A stretch of DNA of 61,867 nucleotides, counting the filler, from Hausera hauseri (Eukaryota): the NCBI GenBank assembly GCA_046269625.1. It is 13 parts of 13 records of this genome, joined end to end, with 100 filler letters (N's around TTAATTAATTAA, not from the genome) between each part and the next. Parts side by side here need not be neighbours in the genome. Positions count along the whole stretch, not along the records: positions 37,964 to 42,416 come from JBJURY010573450.1; positions 42,517 to 47,195 come from JBJURY010478354.1; positions 47,296 to 51,659 come from JBJURY010616554.1; 10 more parts are not named here. One strand, 5' to 3'. Shown piece after piece: positions 37,964 to 50,190 of this stretch. The translations under genes were made by a program, and so were the position numbers. The first letter of the stretch is position 1, and each line of letters starts with the position of its first letter. The notes beneath the pieces were generated by a model that did not search any database, was not told where the DNA came from, and was given only the letters and a program-made list of their open reading frames with translations.

Positions 37964-40900
37964 CTACAGGTATTCAAGAAGGTGTTAGAAGATGGAGGAA
38001 TGATAAAAGGTGTAGTGGCGGATAAAGGAAGAGAGAAAAAAGTTGGAGTAGAAGTAGGAATTGAATTGTGTGAAAGAGTGGAAGTGAAAGATGAAACAGA
38101 GGTAATGGTAGATAGAGGAAGAGGAATAGGGATAGAAGTAAAGAGAAGAGGAAGTTGTGAAGTGGAAATGAAAGCAGTAAAAGGTGATGTGTCAGGAGAG
38201 AGGGAGAAAGAATGCGCCGAAGATGAGGAAGGTGTGGATGGCGAAGGAGAGAGAGAGAAGATGGCGAAGAGGTACAATACGGAGGAGAGCAAAAAGATGG
38301 CGAAGGCGAAGAAAAGTATTGGAAGGTGATGTGCAAGTGGTTGGAATGATGAAAGGGGTGGATGGAGAGATTAGTGAAGTCAAAGTGGAAAGAGGTGTGG
38401 AAAGGCTTGAAGGTGCAAAATCGAATGGGGCAAAAGGAGGCTGAATTGTGAGAAGAAATTGAAGTAAAATTCTTGGGAGAAAACGTAGGGAAAAGTGGAT
38501 TAAGAAATTGAGCAAAGATTGTATGTGAATTGTTGGATTGCTGCGCGTCGTGTAAAGATGTTGGTGGAGAAGTGGTTTCGATGGGAGACGTATCGTCGAT
38601 GAAGAAAGCCGGTTTAGCGTTGTTAATGTGGACTGTTACTTCTTTGTCGTCTTTGAGGATAATAATGTTGTGGAAGTGTAAACGAATTACTTTGTAAGGG
38701 CCGACATACTGAGGTTGAAAACCACACGGCGTCTGATTCTTTAGCCAAAAGAACTTGACAGTATATAAATCGTCGGGTATGTAAGGTTTATTTCCGTGTA
38801 ATAGTCTACAAAATGAGTCTTTGCTGATCTCAATGAAATGTTTCTGTGCCGCTTGTATGGTTTCGTCTGTAGGAATATTGTTCAGCTCAGCCAGCTCGAA
38901 TAATGATCTGATAGAAGTGCCAAATAATGCTTCTGCAGATGAACAGCCTGTAGAAGTAGATGGTGTATTCCGCCAGCCAAGCAGAACATACGGAAGGAGT
39001 GTGGTCCAACTGCGATTGGACTCAGCAAGGATTTTGAGAGACGTTTTCATCGTTCGGTAAAAGCGTTCGAGAAGGCCATTCGATTGGGGATGATATGGTG
39101 ACGTGTGAATGTAACTAATTCCCAATCGATTGACAACAGCTTTAAACAGGTTGGATTCGAACTGTGGACCTTGGTCCAAAATGATGTGGCGTGGTGATCC
39201 AAACCTGCTGATCCAAGTGCGGATGAAAATGTCTGCGATCGTTTCTGTGTTGGTGCTCCGAAGCGGGACAGCCTCTGACCATCGTGAGGAACGGTCCATC
39301 ATTGTGAGGATGAACTGATGGCCGTTATCTAAGGGTAGTGGGCCTACAAGTCAGTGTGAACTGATTCAAAACGAGACGTGCAGGGAAAATGATATAGTGG
39401 CTTTCAGTGTTTGGTAACTTTGTATTTTTGGCATGCCACGCACTGCCTAACTCATGCCTGCACGTCAGATCGCATCGACAGCCATACTACTTGGCGTTGT
39501 AAGAGTCAAAAAGTGGCCTTGGCACCGGTATGATGCAACAAATAATATTGTTGAATGGATATTTTTGAAGCGCTTCAGAAAGAATGATTTTGGGATTATT
39601 AGGTTTGGAGGTGCCAAAGGCCACACCGTCGATGGTTCTGCCAGATTTAAAAGATTTAAGAATGTCATGAGGTGGCTGGTTCTTCTGAAGTTTAAATTGA
39701 GGAAAAATTGGTGTAAAATCAGTCGAGCTGACCGATCGGTACAAAAAGTCAGCTACAAAATTGTCGACTCCGTTTAGATGCTTAGTTTAAAAATTAAATG
39801 TGGACAAATACGATATTTGCCTCTCCTGATGTAGAAAAGGCGATTTCATGCTGAGAATTTGAAGCAAGGATGTGTGGTCCATTTGTATTGTAAAAGTTCG
39901 TGCAGTTAGCATATGTTCAAAGTGTTTTACGGCAAGGACCATTGCAAGCAACTCTCGGTCAAAAGTGGAAAATCTTTGCTCTTGGGCCGTGAATTTACGA
40001 GAGAAGAATTCTAGTGGCTCATGGGATCCATTTTTAACTTGATGGAGGACAGCACCTTCAGCTGTTGTGGATGCGTCCGTGGTTAAGAAGAGTTCTGCAT
40101 GGGAGTCTGGATAAACCAGGATTTTTACGGTTTTTAAATTGTCTTTGAAGTGGTCGAAAGTGTTGACTAGCTTGGCGGTCCATTGAATAGGCTGTTTTTT
40201 TGCCAGAACTTAATGATGCAAATGGAGCCGTTAGAGTGAAGCAGTGTGGAACATACTTATGAATAAAGTGCAAGGTTCCAAGGAAAGAACGCATCTTTGT
40301 TGATGTACGTGGTAGCTGAATGTTTTTCAGCTGTGTGATGAGCTCTGGCTGAGGTGAATGTCCGGAGAAGGTAATAACATGTCCTAGGAAATTGCCCTTA
40401 TGAAGAAAAAAGGAGCATTTGGCGAAATTAATTTGCAAATTGTTTTGGTGCAGCACAGGAAGATTAGACATAAGTGTTCCGAATGTTGTTTCGAGGAAGA
40501 TGGTGCAATTAGGATATCATCAATATAGAGATAGAGAACATCTAAACCTGATAGGACTGTATCGATATTCCTTCGGAAAGTCTGGGAAGCGCTATGGAGT
40601 CCAAAAGGCATGAAGAGGTATTTGAAAAGGCCGAAAGATGTAATGACAGCCGTTTTCGGAATGTTTACTGGGGCCACCGGAATTTGGTGGTATGCTTTGT
40701 GTAAATCAATGCAGGAAAATATGGTTGTACCGTGGAGCCTGTGAAGTATATCGTTGATTAATGGTAAAGGGTAGGCATCCATTGTTGTTATGGTGTTAAG
40801 TTGGCGGTAATCACCTCATGGGCGAAAGGTACCATCTTTTTTCTGATCTTTCTTGTTCGAGAAACTCAGCCTCCACTGCCTGTCTGCGGCGAGGCGATAG

Positions 40901-41925
40901 CGGGCGGACCTTTGCCGTATTGGTCTTTGATGTGCTGTTACTAGGTGATGGAAAATGGATTGGGGTGGTAGGAATGATTTGTCCTTTTGCAACAGACGCG
41001 TGCAGGAAGACGAAATGTATTGCTGTAGATCAGAAGGCAACGATCAAAAGTTATCCGATGGTGTCGATGCATCGTGACTGGATGCAGTTGAGGTATGAGT
41101 TGTAGACGAGGTGTTGTGACTGGGTGGTATTTGGTGCAGGATGTTCGTGTTGAAGATGGTGTTGCCAGCTGTGCCATCACTAATAGGTGCCACGCATTTG
41201 GCAATATCCTATTTGCCACCGTAGTAAAAATTTCTGTATAATGAATGATTATAAAAATAATTTAAATCGGAAGTCGTTTGCTTCAGTATTGACTTGTTGG
41301 AAGCGATCGCCCGAGTGGTCACCGAAATGCTGTTAATTTGATCACGACTATTTCCGCACCTTAAAGAACATCGTTTGCAATCTACAAGTAAATTGTAGTG
41401 GGACAGAAAGTCTGAACCCAATATAGGTGTTCGTACATTGGCTATTGTAAATTTCCAAGTGAATGTATTTGGAAAATGTGTAAGAGTGAACGTTAATTTG
41501 GTAACACCAAAAATTTGTAAAGGTTTACCGGACGCAGTGAACAGTTGCTTTTTTGAAGTGAAATTGTTTTGGATGTGCTATGTTGGTGGTAATAAAGAAA
41601 TTGCTGCGCCGGTGCCTATAAGAAAGTTAATGTTTTGCTTTTTGGAGTGATTACTGCTGCTTCCAACGTGAATACAACAAAAGAAATATGTCGGCTATCT
41701 TTTTTGCATGTTGTTGTGTGTCCTAGTGGCGAAATCAGTTTTTTGTAGCTGGTGAGTTTGGCCTACTGTTTTGTTTGGGTTTAGTAGTGTTGATTTTATT
41801 GTGCGTGTTGTAGTTACAGCAAGATAGGTATTCTTGAGCTTTAGTGCCAAATTTCGAGTGATAGATACAAACAATGTTGCTTGTATTAAAATCGGGGAAG
41901 CAAAATTTACAACCGACGCAGCATT
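37964..41925 (-). mobile_element. CsRn1-like gypsy family A copy (gag end to IN plus low-complexity tail), truncated at a Polinton-like terminus
   Basis: High similarity to 4213-6560 and 9990-10551, with RT, RH and IN motifs. Homology stops abruptly at 41925. Confidence 0.93.
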
Positions 41926-42416
41926 AGTAGGTAGAAGGGAGCACATCAGATCAGACACCCAGGGAAGGAAAGTAACCAATGAGAGGAAAACACGTCATGC
42001 TGGGGTAAGGAAAATTGGCCAATCAGAGAGCAGTATTCGGTAGACCGTCGAGAACAAAGCATTATATGATCTGTTCGTGGTTTCGATATTTCCACCCCTT
42101 TTTGTTTAAATTTTAATGGTTGGTTTGTTTAAATTTTGGTTGCGAACAAAGAATTTTATCATCTGATTGTGGTTTCACTATTCCCATCCCCTTTTGAACA
42201 AAGCACTTTATGATCTGACCGTGGTTTCACTATTTCCGTCCCTTTTTGTTTAAATTTTGATTGCGAACAAAGCATTTTTTGATCTGTTCATGATTTCACT
42301 ATTCCCACCCCACTTAATTTTGGTGTAATCTGATTGGTCGGTTTGCGGAAAAAAAAATTTTAATTTCACAAATTTTCTATAAATACCCATGTGAAAGTGT
42401 CACTTATGAAAATGTC
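41926..42416 (+). mobile_element. Polinton-like terminus (AGTAGG...) with four subterminal direct repeats and an inward CCAAT/TATA promoter
   Basis: Shares ccaatgaga..aacacgtcat, ggggtaa, gcagtattcggtagac and gtttc.atatttccacccc blocks with the PolB-linked terminus at 46679. Repeats starting gaacaaagca at about 42052, 42143, 42195 and 42264. Confidence 0.65.
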
Positions 42417-42516
42417 NNNNNNNNNNNNNNNNNNNNNNNNNNNNNNNNNNNNNNNNNNNNTTAATTAATTAANNNNNNNNNNNNNNNNNNNNNNNNNNNN
42501 NNNNNNNNNNNNNNNN

Positions 42517-42703
42517 CCAAGCCATTGCTTGGCGCAATGCGGGTCAGAAGCACGGAACATGGCAATGGAGGACGGGTCTTGCAAGCGAGAGCCCGGGCGA
42601 CCGCCTCATGTTCTGCCAATACGCGCCGATGGCGCGCCATGTAGTGTTCCTTGACGTTGTTCATGCCGCGACCGGTGCGCAGCTCGATGTGGATTGCAGC
42701 CAT
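42517..42703 (-). CDS. Phage-type RusA-like (Holliday junction resolvase-like) protein N-terminus, cut by the contig end
   Basis: GC-rich, AAGG ribosome-binding site; EHYMARHRRV..LPCSVLLTRIAPSNGL resembles a common phage RusA-like family. Confidence 0.55.
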
Positions 42704-42870
42704 AGACCTTTCAACGCATCACCCCCCGGGGTTTATTCCTTGATCGTCCCGGGGGGCTTGTTTTGATGCGGCATGCGCCTGGGGGTAGAAGTTCCCACCC
42801 ATCACATGCAGCCGCGGTTATCTGCCTGCATGCAGGCGCCGCACTCACGGCTTGCGGCCGGGCGGGGTGA

Positions 42871-43143
42871 CTAGGCGCCCGAGATCGACACCTCGTTCAA
42901 TTTCAGATCATCGCTAGGCGCGCCATCCAGATTGGTCGCCAACTCCTGCAGGAGCAAAATCATCTTGTCCTGGCGGATATTGGTGATGGTCTGCGATCTG
43001 CTGTCCGGCGTCACGACGGTGACGATGAAGCCGACACGAAACGGCATCGCAGCCATTTCGATGGTGTCGGCAAAGCGCTTGACCTCGTCATCAATGATCG
43101 CGCCGATAGCGTCCACGGCTTCTTGTGGTGTTTGGTGGTTCAT
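42871..43143 (-). CDS. Hypothetical bacterial or phage protein
   Basis: GC-rich 90-aa ORF with a GGAG Shine-Dalgarno site upstream. Confidence 0.55.
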   Translation of the reverse strand: MNHQTPQEAVDAIGAIIDDEVKRFADTIEMAAMPFRVGFIVTVVTPDSRSQTITNIRQDKMILLLQELATNLDGAPSDDLKLNEVSISGA

Positions 43144-43242
43144 TTGATGTCTTCTCCATCTTCAAAAATGCGCAATGCTTTCTGGCGGTAGCTGCCGTCA
43201 ATCAACATTTGGGCGCAACGGAACATTTGTTGTGATGCCCGC

Positions 43243-46200
43243 AAGTGGCTTTGATTGGTGACGTATCGTCGATAAAGAAGGCCGGCTTAGCATTGTTGAT
43301 GTAAACTGTTACTTCTTTGTCGTCTTTGAGAATGATGATGTTGTGGGAGCGTAAACGAATTACTTTGTAAGGGCCGACATACTGAGGTTGAAAACCATAC
43401 GGCGTCTGATACTTTGGCCAAACGAACTTGGCAGTATATAAATCGTCGGGTATGTAGGGTTTATTTGAGTGTAACAATCTGCAAAATGAGTCTTTGGTAA
43501 TTGCAACGAAGTGCATCTGTGCCGCCTATATAGTTTCGTCTGTAGGAGTGTGGTCCAGCTAAGTCGGCTCGAATAATGATCTGATGGGAATGACAAATAA
43601 TGCTTCTGCAGGTGGACAGCCTGTAGAAGTAGATGACGTGTTCCGCCAGCCAAGCAGAACGTACGGAAGGAGTGTGGTCCCAGTGCGATTGGACTCAGCA
43701 AGGATTTTGAGAGACGTTTTCATCGTTCGGTGAAAGAGTTCGAGAAGGTCATTCGATTTGGGATGATATGCTGACGTGTGAATGTGGTTAATTCCCAATC
43801 GATTGACAAGAGCTTTAAGTAGATTGGATTCGAATTGTGGACCTTTGTCCGAAATGATGTGGTGAGGTGATCCAAACCTGCTGATCCAAGTGCGGATGAA
43901 AACGTCTGCGATTGTTTCTGTGTTGGTGCTCCGAAGCGGAACAGCCTCTGGCCATCGCGAAGAACGGTTCATCATAGTGCGGATGAACTGATGGCCGTTG
44001 TCTAATGGTAGTGGGCCTACAAGATCAATGCGAACAGATTTAAAACAAGACGTGCAGGGAAAATAATATAGTGGTGGCTTTAGGTGCTTAGTAACTTTGT
44101 ATTTTTGGCATGCCGCACACTGTCTAACCAATGCCTGCACGTCAGAGCGCATCGACGGCCATACTACTTGGCGTTGTAAGCGTCGAAAAGTAGCCTTGGC
44201 ACCGGAATGATGCAACGAATGTATGCTGTGGAATGCTTCTTTTTGAAGCGACTCAGAAACAATAATTTTGTGATTATTAGGTTCGGAGGTGTCAAAGCCA
44301 CACCGTCGATGGTTTTGCACGATTTAAAATACTTTAGAATGTCTGGAGGTGGCTGATTCTGTTGAAGTTTGGACTGAGGGAGAATGTAAAATCAATCGAG
44401 CTGACCTATCTGGACAAAAAGTCAGCTACTAAATTGCCGACTCCGTTTAAGTGTTTAATTTGAAAATAAAATGTGGACAAATTTGATATTTGCCTCTTCT
44501 GACGTGGCGAAGGCGATTTTATGGTATGAGTTTGAAGAAAGAGCTTGTGGTCCGTTTGTATTGTAAAAGTTCGTGCGGTTAGCAAATGTTTAAAGTGTTT
44601 TACGGCAATGACCATTGCAAGCAACTCTCGGTCAAAAGTGGAATATCTTTGCTCTTATGCTGTGAATTTTCGAGAAAGGAATTTCAATGGCACATGAGAT
44701 CCATTTTTGACTTGATGGAGGACAGCACATGCCGCTGTTGTGGATGGTTAAGAAGAGTTCTGCATGAGAGTCTGGATAGGCCAGGATATCTACGGTTTTT
44801 AAATTGTCTTTGAGGCGATCGAAAGAGTTGACTAGCTTGGCGGTCTATTGAATGGGCTGTTTCTTCTTGCCAGAGCTTAGTGACGCAAATGGAGCGGTTA
44901 GGGTGGAACAGTGTGGAACATACTTATGAATAAAGTACAAGGTTCCTAGGGAAGAACGCATCTCTGTGGATTTACGTGGTATTTGTATGTTTTTGATCTG
45001 TGTGATGCGGTCTGGTTGAGGTGAATGTCTGCAGGAGCTAATAACATATCCTAGGAAGTTGATCTTATGTTGAAAAAAGGAGCATTTGGAGAAATTGATT
45101 TGCAAGTTGTTTTGGTGCAAGCGTTGGAAGATCAAACGTAAGTGTTCAGAGTGTTGTTTTGAAGAGGATGATGTAATTAAGATATCATTAATATAGGGAT
45201 AGGCGAAGTCGAAACCTGATAGGACTGTATCGATATTCCTTTGGAACGTCTGGGAAGCGCTACGGAGTCCAAAAGGGTTGAAGAGGTATTCGAAAAGGCC
45301 GAAAGGTGTAATGACAGCCGTTTTAGGTATGTCTGCTGGTGCCACCGGAATTTGGTGGTATGCTTTGTGTAGGTCAATGAAGGAGAAGATGGTCGCACCA
45401 TGGAGCCTGTGAAGAATATCGTTGATTAATGGTAGAGGGTATGCATCCATTGTGGTTATGGTATTGAGTTGGCGGTAATAGCCGCATGGGCGAAAGGTGC
45501 CATCTTTTTTGGAACCACATGCAGTGGTGAAGACCAGGGGGATTGGATCTTCTAATAATTCCTGATCTTTCCAGTTTGAGAAACTCAGCCTCCACTGCTT
45601 GTCTGAGACGAGGCTTTAGCGAGCGTACCTTTGTTACTATGTGATGAAAGGTGGATTGAGGTGGTACGAATGATTTGTCCTTCTGTAACAGATGCGCCCA
45701 GGAAGACGAAATGCATTGCTGTAAATCAGAAGGCAACGATGAAAAGTTATCAGGTGGTGTCGATGCGCCGTGACTGGATGCAGTTGAGGTATGAGTTATA
45801 GATGAGGTGTCTTGACTGGGTGGTATTTGGTGCAGGATGTTCGTGTTGAAGATGGTTTTGGCAGCTGTGCTATCAGTGATAGGTGCCAAGCAGTTGGCAA
45901 TATCGTATTTGTCACCGTAGTAAAAATTTTTGTATAATGTATGATTATAAAAATAATTTAAATCGGAAGTCGTTTTTTAGTACTGACTTGCTGGAAGCGA
46001 TCGCCGGGGTGTTGATAAAAATGCTGCTAATTTGATTAGGATTATTTCCGCATTTTAAGGAACATCGTTTGCAATCTACAAGTAAATTGTAGTGGGACAG
46101 AAAGTCTGAACCCAATATTGGTGTTCGTACATTGGCTACTGTAAATTTCCATGTGAATGTGTGTGGGAAGTGTGGAAGAATGAACGTTAATTTGGTAACT

Positions 46201-46678
46201 CCAAAAATTTGTAAAGGTTTACCGGACGCAGTGAACAGTTGCTTTTGTGAAGTGAAATTGTTTTGGATGTGTTGTGTTAGTGGCAGAAGAGAGATTGCCG
46301 CGCCGGTGTCTATAAGAAAGTTAATATTTTGCTTTTTGGAGTGACAACTGCTGCTTTCAACGTAAATACAGCAAAAGAAATGTGTCGGCTATCTTTTTGC
46401 AGCTTGCTGCCTTTGCTAGGACTTGCCGTGTGTCCTAGAGGCAAAGTCAGTTTTTTGTACTGGGTGAGTTTAGCCTACTGTGCTGTGTGAACTTAGTAGT
46501 GCTGGTTTTATTGTGTGTACTGTAGTTACAGCCAGGTAGGCATATGTGTGCTTTTGTGCCAAATTTTTAATGATAGATGCAAATGATGTTGCTTGTATTA
46601 AAATCAGGGGAATAAAATTTACAACCGATGCAGCATTTCTAAGCATTGTTACCAAATTTGCTATGATAATAGCAAATT
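43243..46678 (-). mobile_element. CsRn1-like gypsy family A copy (gag end to IN), truncated at a Polinton terminus
   Basis: Similar to 38570-41925; includes FLIDTGA, RT, RH and IN. Gag breaks off just before ICYYH. Confidence 0.93.
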
Positions 46679-47195
46679 AGTAGTTAGATGTGGCATCTTT
46701 GCGCCACTACCCCCCCCCCATGAGAGGGGAAGAGAGAACACGTCATCGCAGATGGAAAACAGACCAATGAGAAGAGAACACGTCATCGGGGGGTAAAGAA
46801 AAAATAGGAGGGCAGTATTCGGTAGACAAAGGAATTTCTGGCGCACATTAAGTTTCACTATTTCCACCCCCTATAACAGAGCCAAAAAGAGATTTGAAAT
46901 TTTTATTGTTATAACACACAAAAAATATTAATAATGTTCGTATGCAACACTCCGGTTTTTCTCTATCCATTGGAGTTTGTCGTCAAACGGGTCCAGTGCT
47001 TTCTTATTCGAGCTGATTGTCACCAGCTGGTGGTTTTTACTGCCAATTCACTTTTGGTCCACCATGGTGATGCAACCGGTTTCATAAGCCTCTCGGTCGC
47101 TGTCAAACTGTAGCTCTGTCTGCTTGAAATTGATACCTTTGCATTTAAGGATCGGTTTGGTTTGGGTTTTGAGGGCGTATAATTTCGGCCGTAGG
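46679..47195 (-). mobile_element. Polinton end: pPolB C-terminus followed by an AGTAGT terminus
   Basis: The minus strand (47194 to about 46927) translates to LRPKLYAL..KCKGI..IGSKNHQLVTISSNKKALDPFDDK..AYEHY*, a pPolB C-terminus. The plus strand begins AGTAGT at 46679. Confidence 0.85.
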
Positions 47196-47894
47196 NNNNN
47201 NNNNNNNNNNNNNNNNNNNNNNNNNNNNNNNNNNNNNNNTTAATTAATTAANNNNNNNNNNNNNNNNNNNNNNNNNNNNNNNNNNNNNNNNNNNNTCAGT
47301 AGTGATTTAGTGGTTAGCTTTTGTTTCACGTAATCAGCTAAACTATCAACATTACACATCATAGTCATTTATTTATAATGTTTCTACACACACCTCACAC
47401 ACACAGATGCAGAGAGAGAGAGAGAGAGAGAGTTTACAATTATAAATCATAAGTATTTATTAACTTGCATGAACTTGAAAAATAACTTTCTATCATTTCT
47501 GTCATACTGCACTTTGAAGATACTGTTTTTTTTAATTTTCAGTTCATGTTCTGGCTGGTAAGCCCAACTCTCCATATGATACAGCTGAAGGCGAAGAAGA
47601 TCGTATGTTGACAAAAAAATGTGTTATATGCATTTTTCATAAGAAACTGATGACTACAACAGAATGATAATTTGTTAAATAAAGAGACGAAACTTGTACA
47701 TAGCTGAAAAAGTTGGTAAAAAAATCTTGCTAGGGTGTGTGAGACATTACAGTTACAGTACCTAGTATCAGTGAGGCATTAGTTAAACATCATAGGAAGC
47801 AAAATAATCAGTAAGAATCTATTAGATAGGCAACTGTATGTTCAGCTGACGTTTCCAAGCTTTTTCTTCAAACTTCTAAAATGACAATAAAATA

Positions 47895-48160
47895 ATGTTA
47901 AATTCCAAAGTGTCCCGAATTTACTGGAACAATTCTAACGATATCGTAAATGTAATGCTAAGTAATGGAACGATTTTCACCTGTAATTTCGTTATTATTA
48001 CTTTACAAGCAAATCTTTTACTTTCCGGTTCGATAGATTTTGTTCCATCGATTCCAGAAGAAAAAATCAATACATGGAGACATGTGCCAGCAGTAAATTA
48101 CTGTCGCATATTTGCTAAATTTCCCAGACGATTTTGGCCTGACAAAGAATGGTTAATTTC
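47895..48160 (+). CDS. Flavin amine oxidase (polyamine-oxidase-like) exon or fragment
   Basis: LNSKVSRIYW..VMLSNGTIFTCNFVIITL..IDFVPSIPEEK..YCRIFAKFPRRFW. Confidence 0.7.
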
Positions 48161-48379
48161 AGTTGTTGAAAATTGCCAACCTGAAAATGTCGAAGTGAAA
48201 AATGGTCGACATGACAAGTTACCGACATGAAAAAATGGCCGGCATGAAAATTTGTGGGAAGGAGAATTGGCCGAAGTGAAAACTTGCCATCTTGAAAAAA
48301 AATTACCGCCATGAGAAACAATGACCGACATAAAATGATGATGATATTATGTATGACAAATCTGTCATAACCATGGAGA

Positions 48380-48780
48380 AAGAGAGTCGTGCAGTATTAT
48401 ATCGAAGCCATACTAATGTATGGCTGCGAATCTTGGACATTGAGTGAAAATTTGGAAAATTCTTTAAAAGAAACATAAATGTGGTTTCTCAGAAGAATGT
48501 TGAAAATCCTATGGACAGCAAAGAGAACAAGAAACAGATGTAGAAAGAACGCTAATCAGTAAGATCAGAAAGAGAAGGTTTGGAGAACTTGGTCACCACA
48601 TCAAAATACCAGGCAGGAAGTAGAGGCAGTGGGCGGCAATGAATGAAGTGTCTAGATGGTTTCAAAGAATGTCTCGGAAGTAAGTCAACAACAGAGATGA
48701 CTGGGGACACCAGGAATCGCGAGAAATGGAGATCCATGATAGCCTGCACTTCGCAACATGTACACGATGATGATGATGAC
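48380..48780 (+). mobile_element. RTE-clade LINE 3' end with a (GAT)n tail
   Basis: LMYGCESWTL..MWFLRRMLKILWT, NREKWRSMI, then gatgatgatgatgac. Confidence 0.8.
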
Positions 48781-48789
48781 TGTAAAACG

Positions 48790-50190
48790 AGATGGCTAAC
48801 ACGTAACAAGACTATCGTTCCGTCCTTATACCGCCGGGGACATTATGCTGACTAATATCCTTAACAACAAGACAACTAATGCTGATGACTAACTTAACAA
48901 CGCTGATAGCTTCCCTTCCTTATACGACAGGTCATCTGTTGAATACTAATATCCCTGACCACCCCTAACAATATTGTTATCTTCCCCTTCTGTATGCGAC
49001 CAGCAGGGCACATGCTGATGACTAATACCCCTTAACAACAGGACACAAGATGCTGACTACCCTAACAACGCTGTCATCTCCTTTCTTATACAACAAGTCA
49101 CTTGATGATGATTAATACCCCTAACAACGGTCCTGGGCCGACATAACATGTTGTTGACATGAAAAAATGGCTGATTATCATTAATACTGTTGCTATCTTC
49201 CCGTTCCTTGTACGATATGGCACATGATGACGGTTAATATCACTACCAGCAGATATCTGACGTTGAGGAATAATGTAACAAAGCTGGTAACTTCCCCTTC
49301 CTTATACGACGGATCCCCTGATGATGTTTATATGCCTGACTGGACACCTGGTGATGATAATTAACCTAACAACGTTGATAACTTCCCCCTTCTTTATACG
49401 ACAGGTCACCTGATGCTGATGACTGATACTTGTAACCACCCCTAACAAGGCTGTTATCTTCCTCTTCCTTACACGCCATAGCACACAATGATGACTAATG
49501 TCCCTAACACTGCTGTCAACTTCCCCTTTCTTATACAACATGGCACATGCTGATGACTAGTATTCCTAACAATGCTACCATCGTCCCTTTCCATATACGA
49601 CACAGCACATGCTGATGGCTAATATCTCTAACAATGGGACACACGATGATGGTGACTAATCTGACAAAGCTGTTATCTTCCTTTGTATTATACAGCCGGA
49701 AACCTGATGATGAATAATGTCACAAACAACATGACACCTGATGATGATGACAAACTTAACAACCCTCTTAACCTCCCCTTCCATATACTGCCGGACAATT
49801 GATGATGATTATGACTAACCTAACAACTATGTTAACTTCCCATTGCTTATACGGCTGGACACCTGATGATTATTATGACAAACCTAACAACGCTGATAAC
49901 TTTCCCTCCCTTATATGACATGGCATATGCTGATGACCAATATCCCTAACAATGTTGTTATCTCCCCCTTATGTGACAGATCACCTAATGCTGATCACTA
50001 ATAACCCTAAAAACCTATAACAACGCTGCTATTTTCCTTTCCTTATACGCCATGGCACACGATGATGATGAATGCCCTTAAAACTGCTGTTAACTTCCCC
50101 TTCCTTTTATGACATGGCACATGCTGATAACTAATATCCTTAACAATGCTGTCATCTTCCCCTTCTTTATACAACAAAGCACATGCAAGA
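48790..50190 (+). repeat. Degenerate tandem repeat with an ~62-bp unit and ~30-bp subunit variants
   Basis: Recurrent ccttatacgac..ggcacatgctgatgactaatatccctaacaacgctgttatcttccccttc. Confidence 0.9.

Noticed and set aside
37982-38444. Glu/Gly/Lys-rich plus-strand ORFs (also 1498-1680 and the 6275-6537 ORFs)
   Set aside because: These are shadow or low-complexity readings of the pyrimidine-rich region after integrase.
41926-46679. The two Polinton termini as left and right ends of a single insertion
   Set aside because: They are on different contigs, and both are flanked by the pol-side part of non-identical gypsy copies.
48790-50190. Possible CRISPR array
   Set aside because: The units are similar along their whole length, with no constant repeat and unique spacer pattern, no cas genes and a eukaryotic context.
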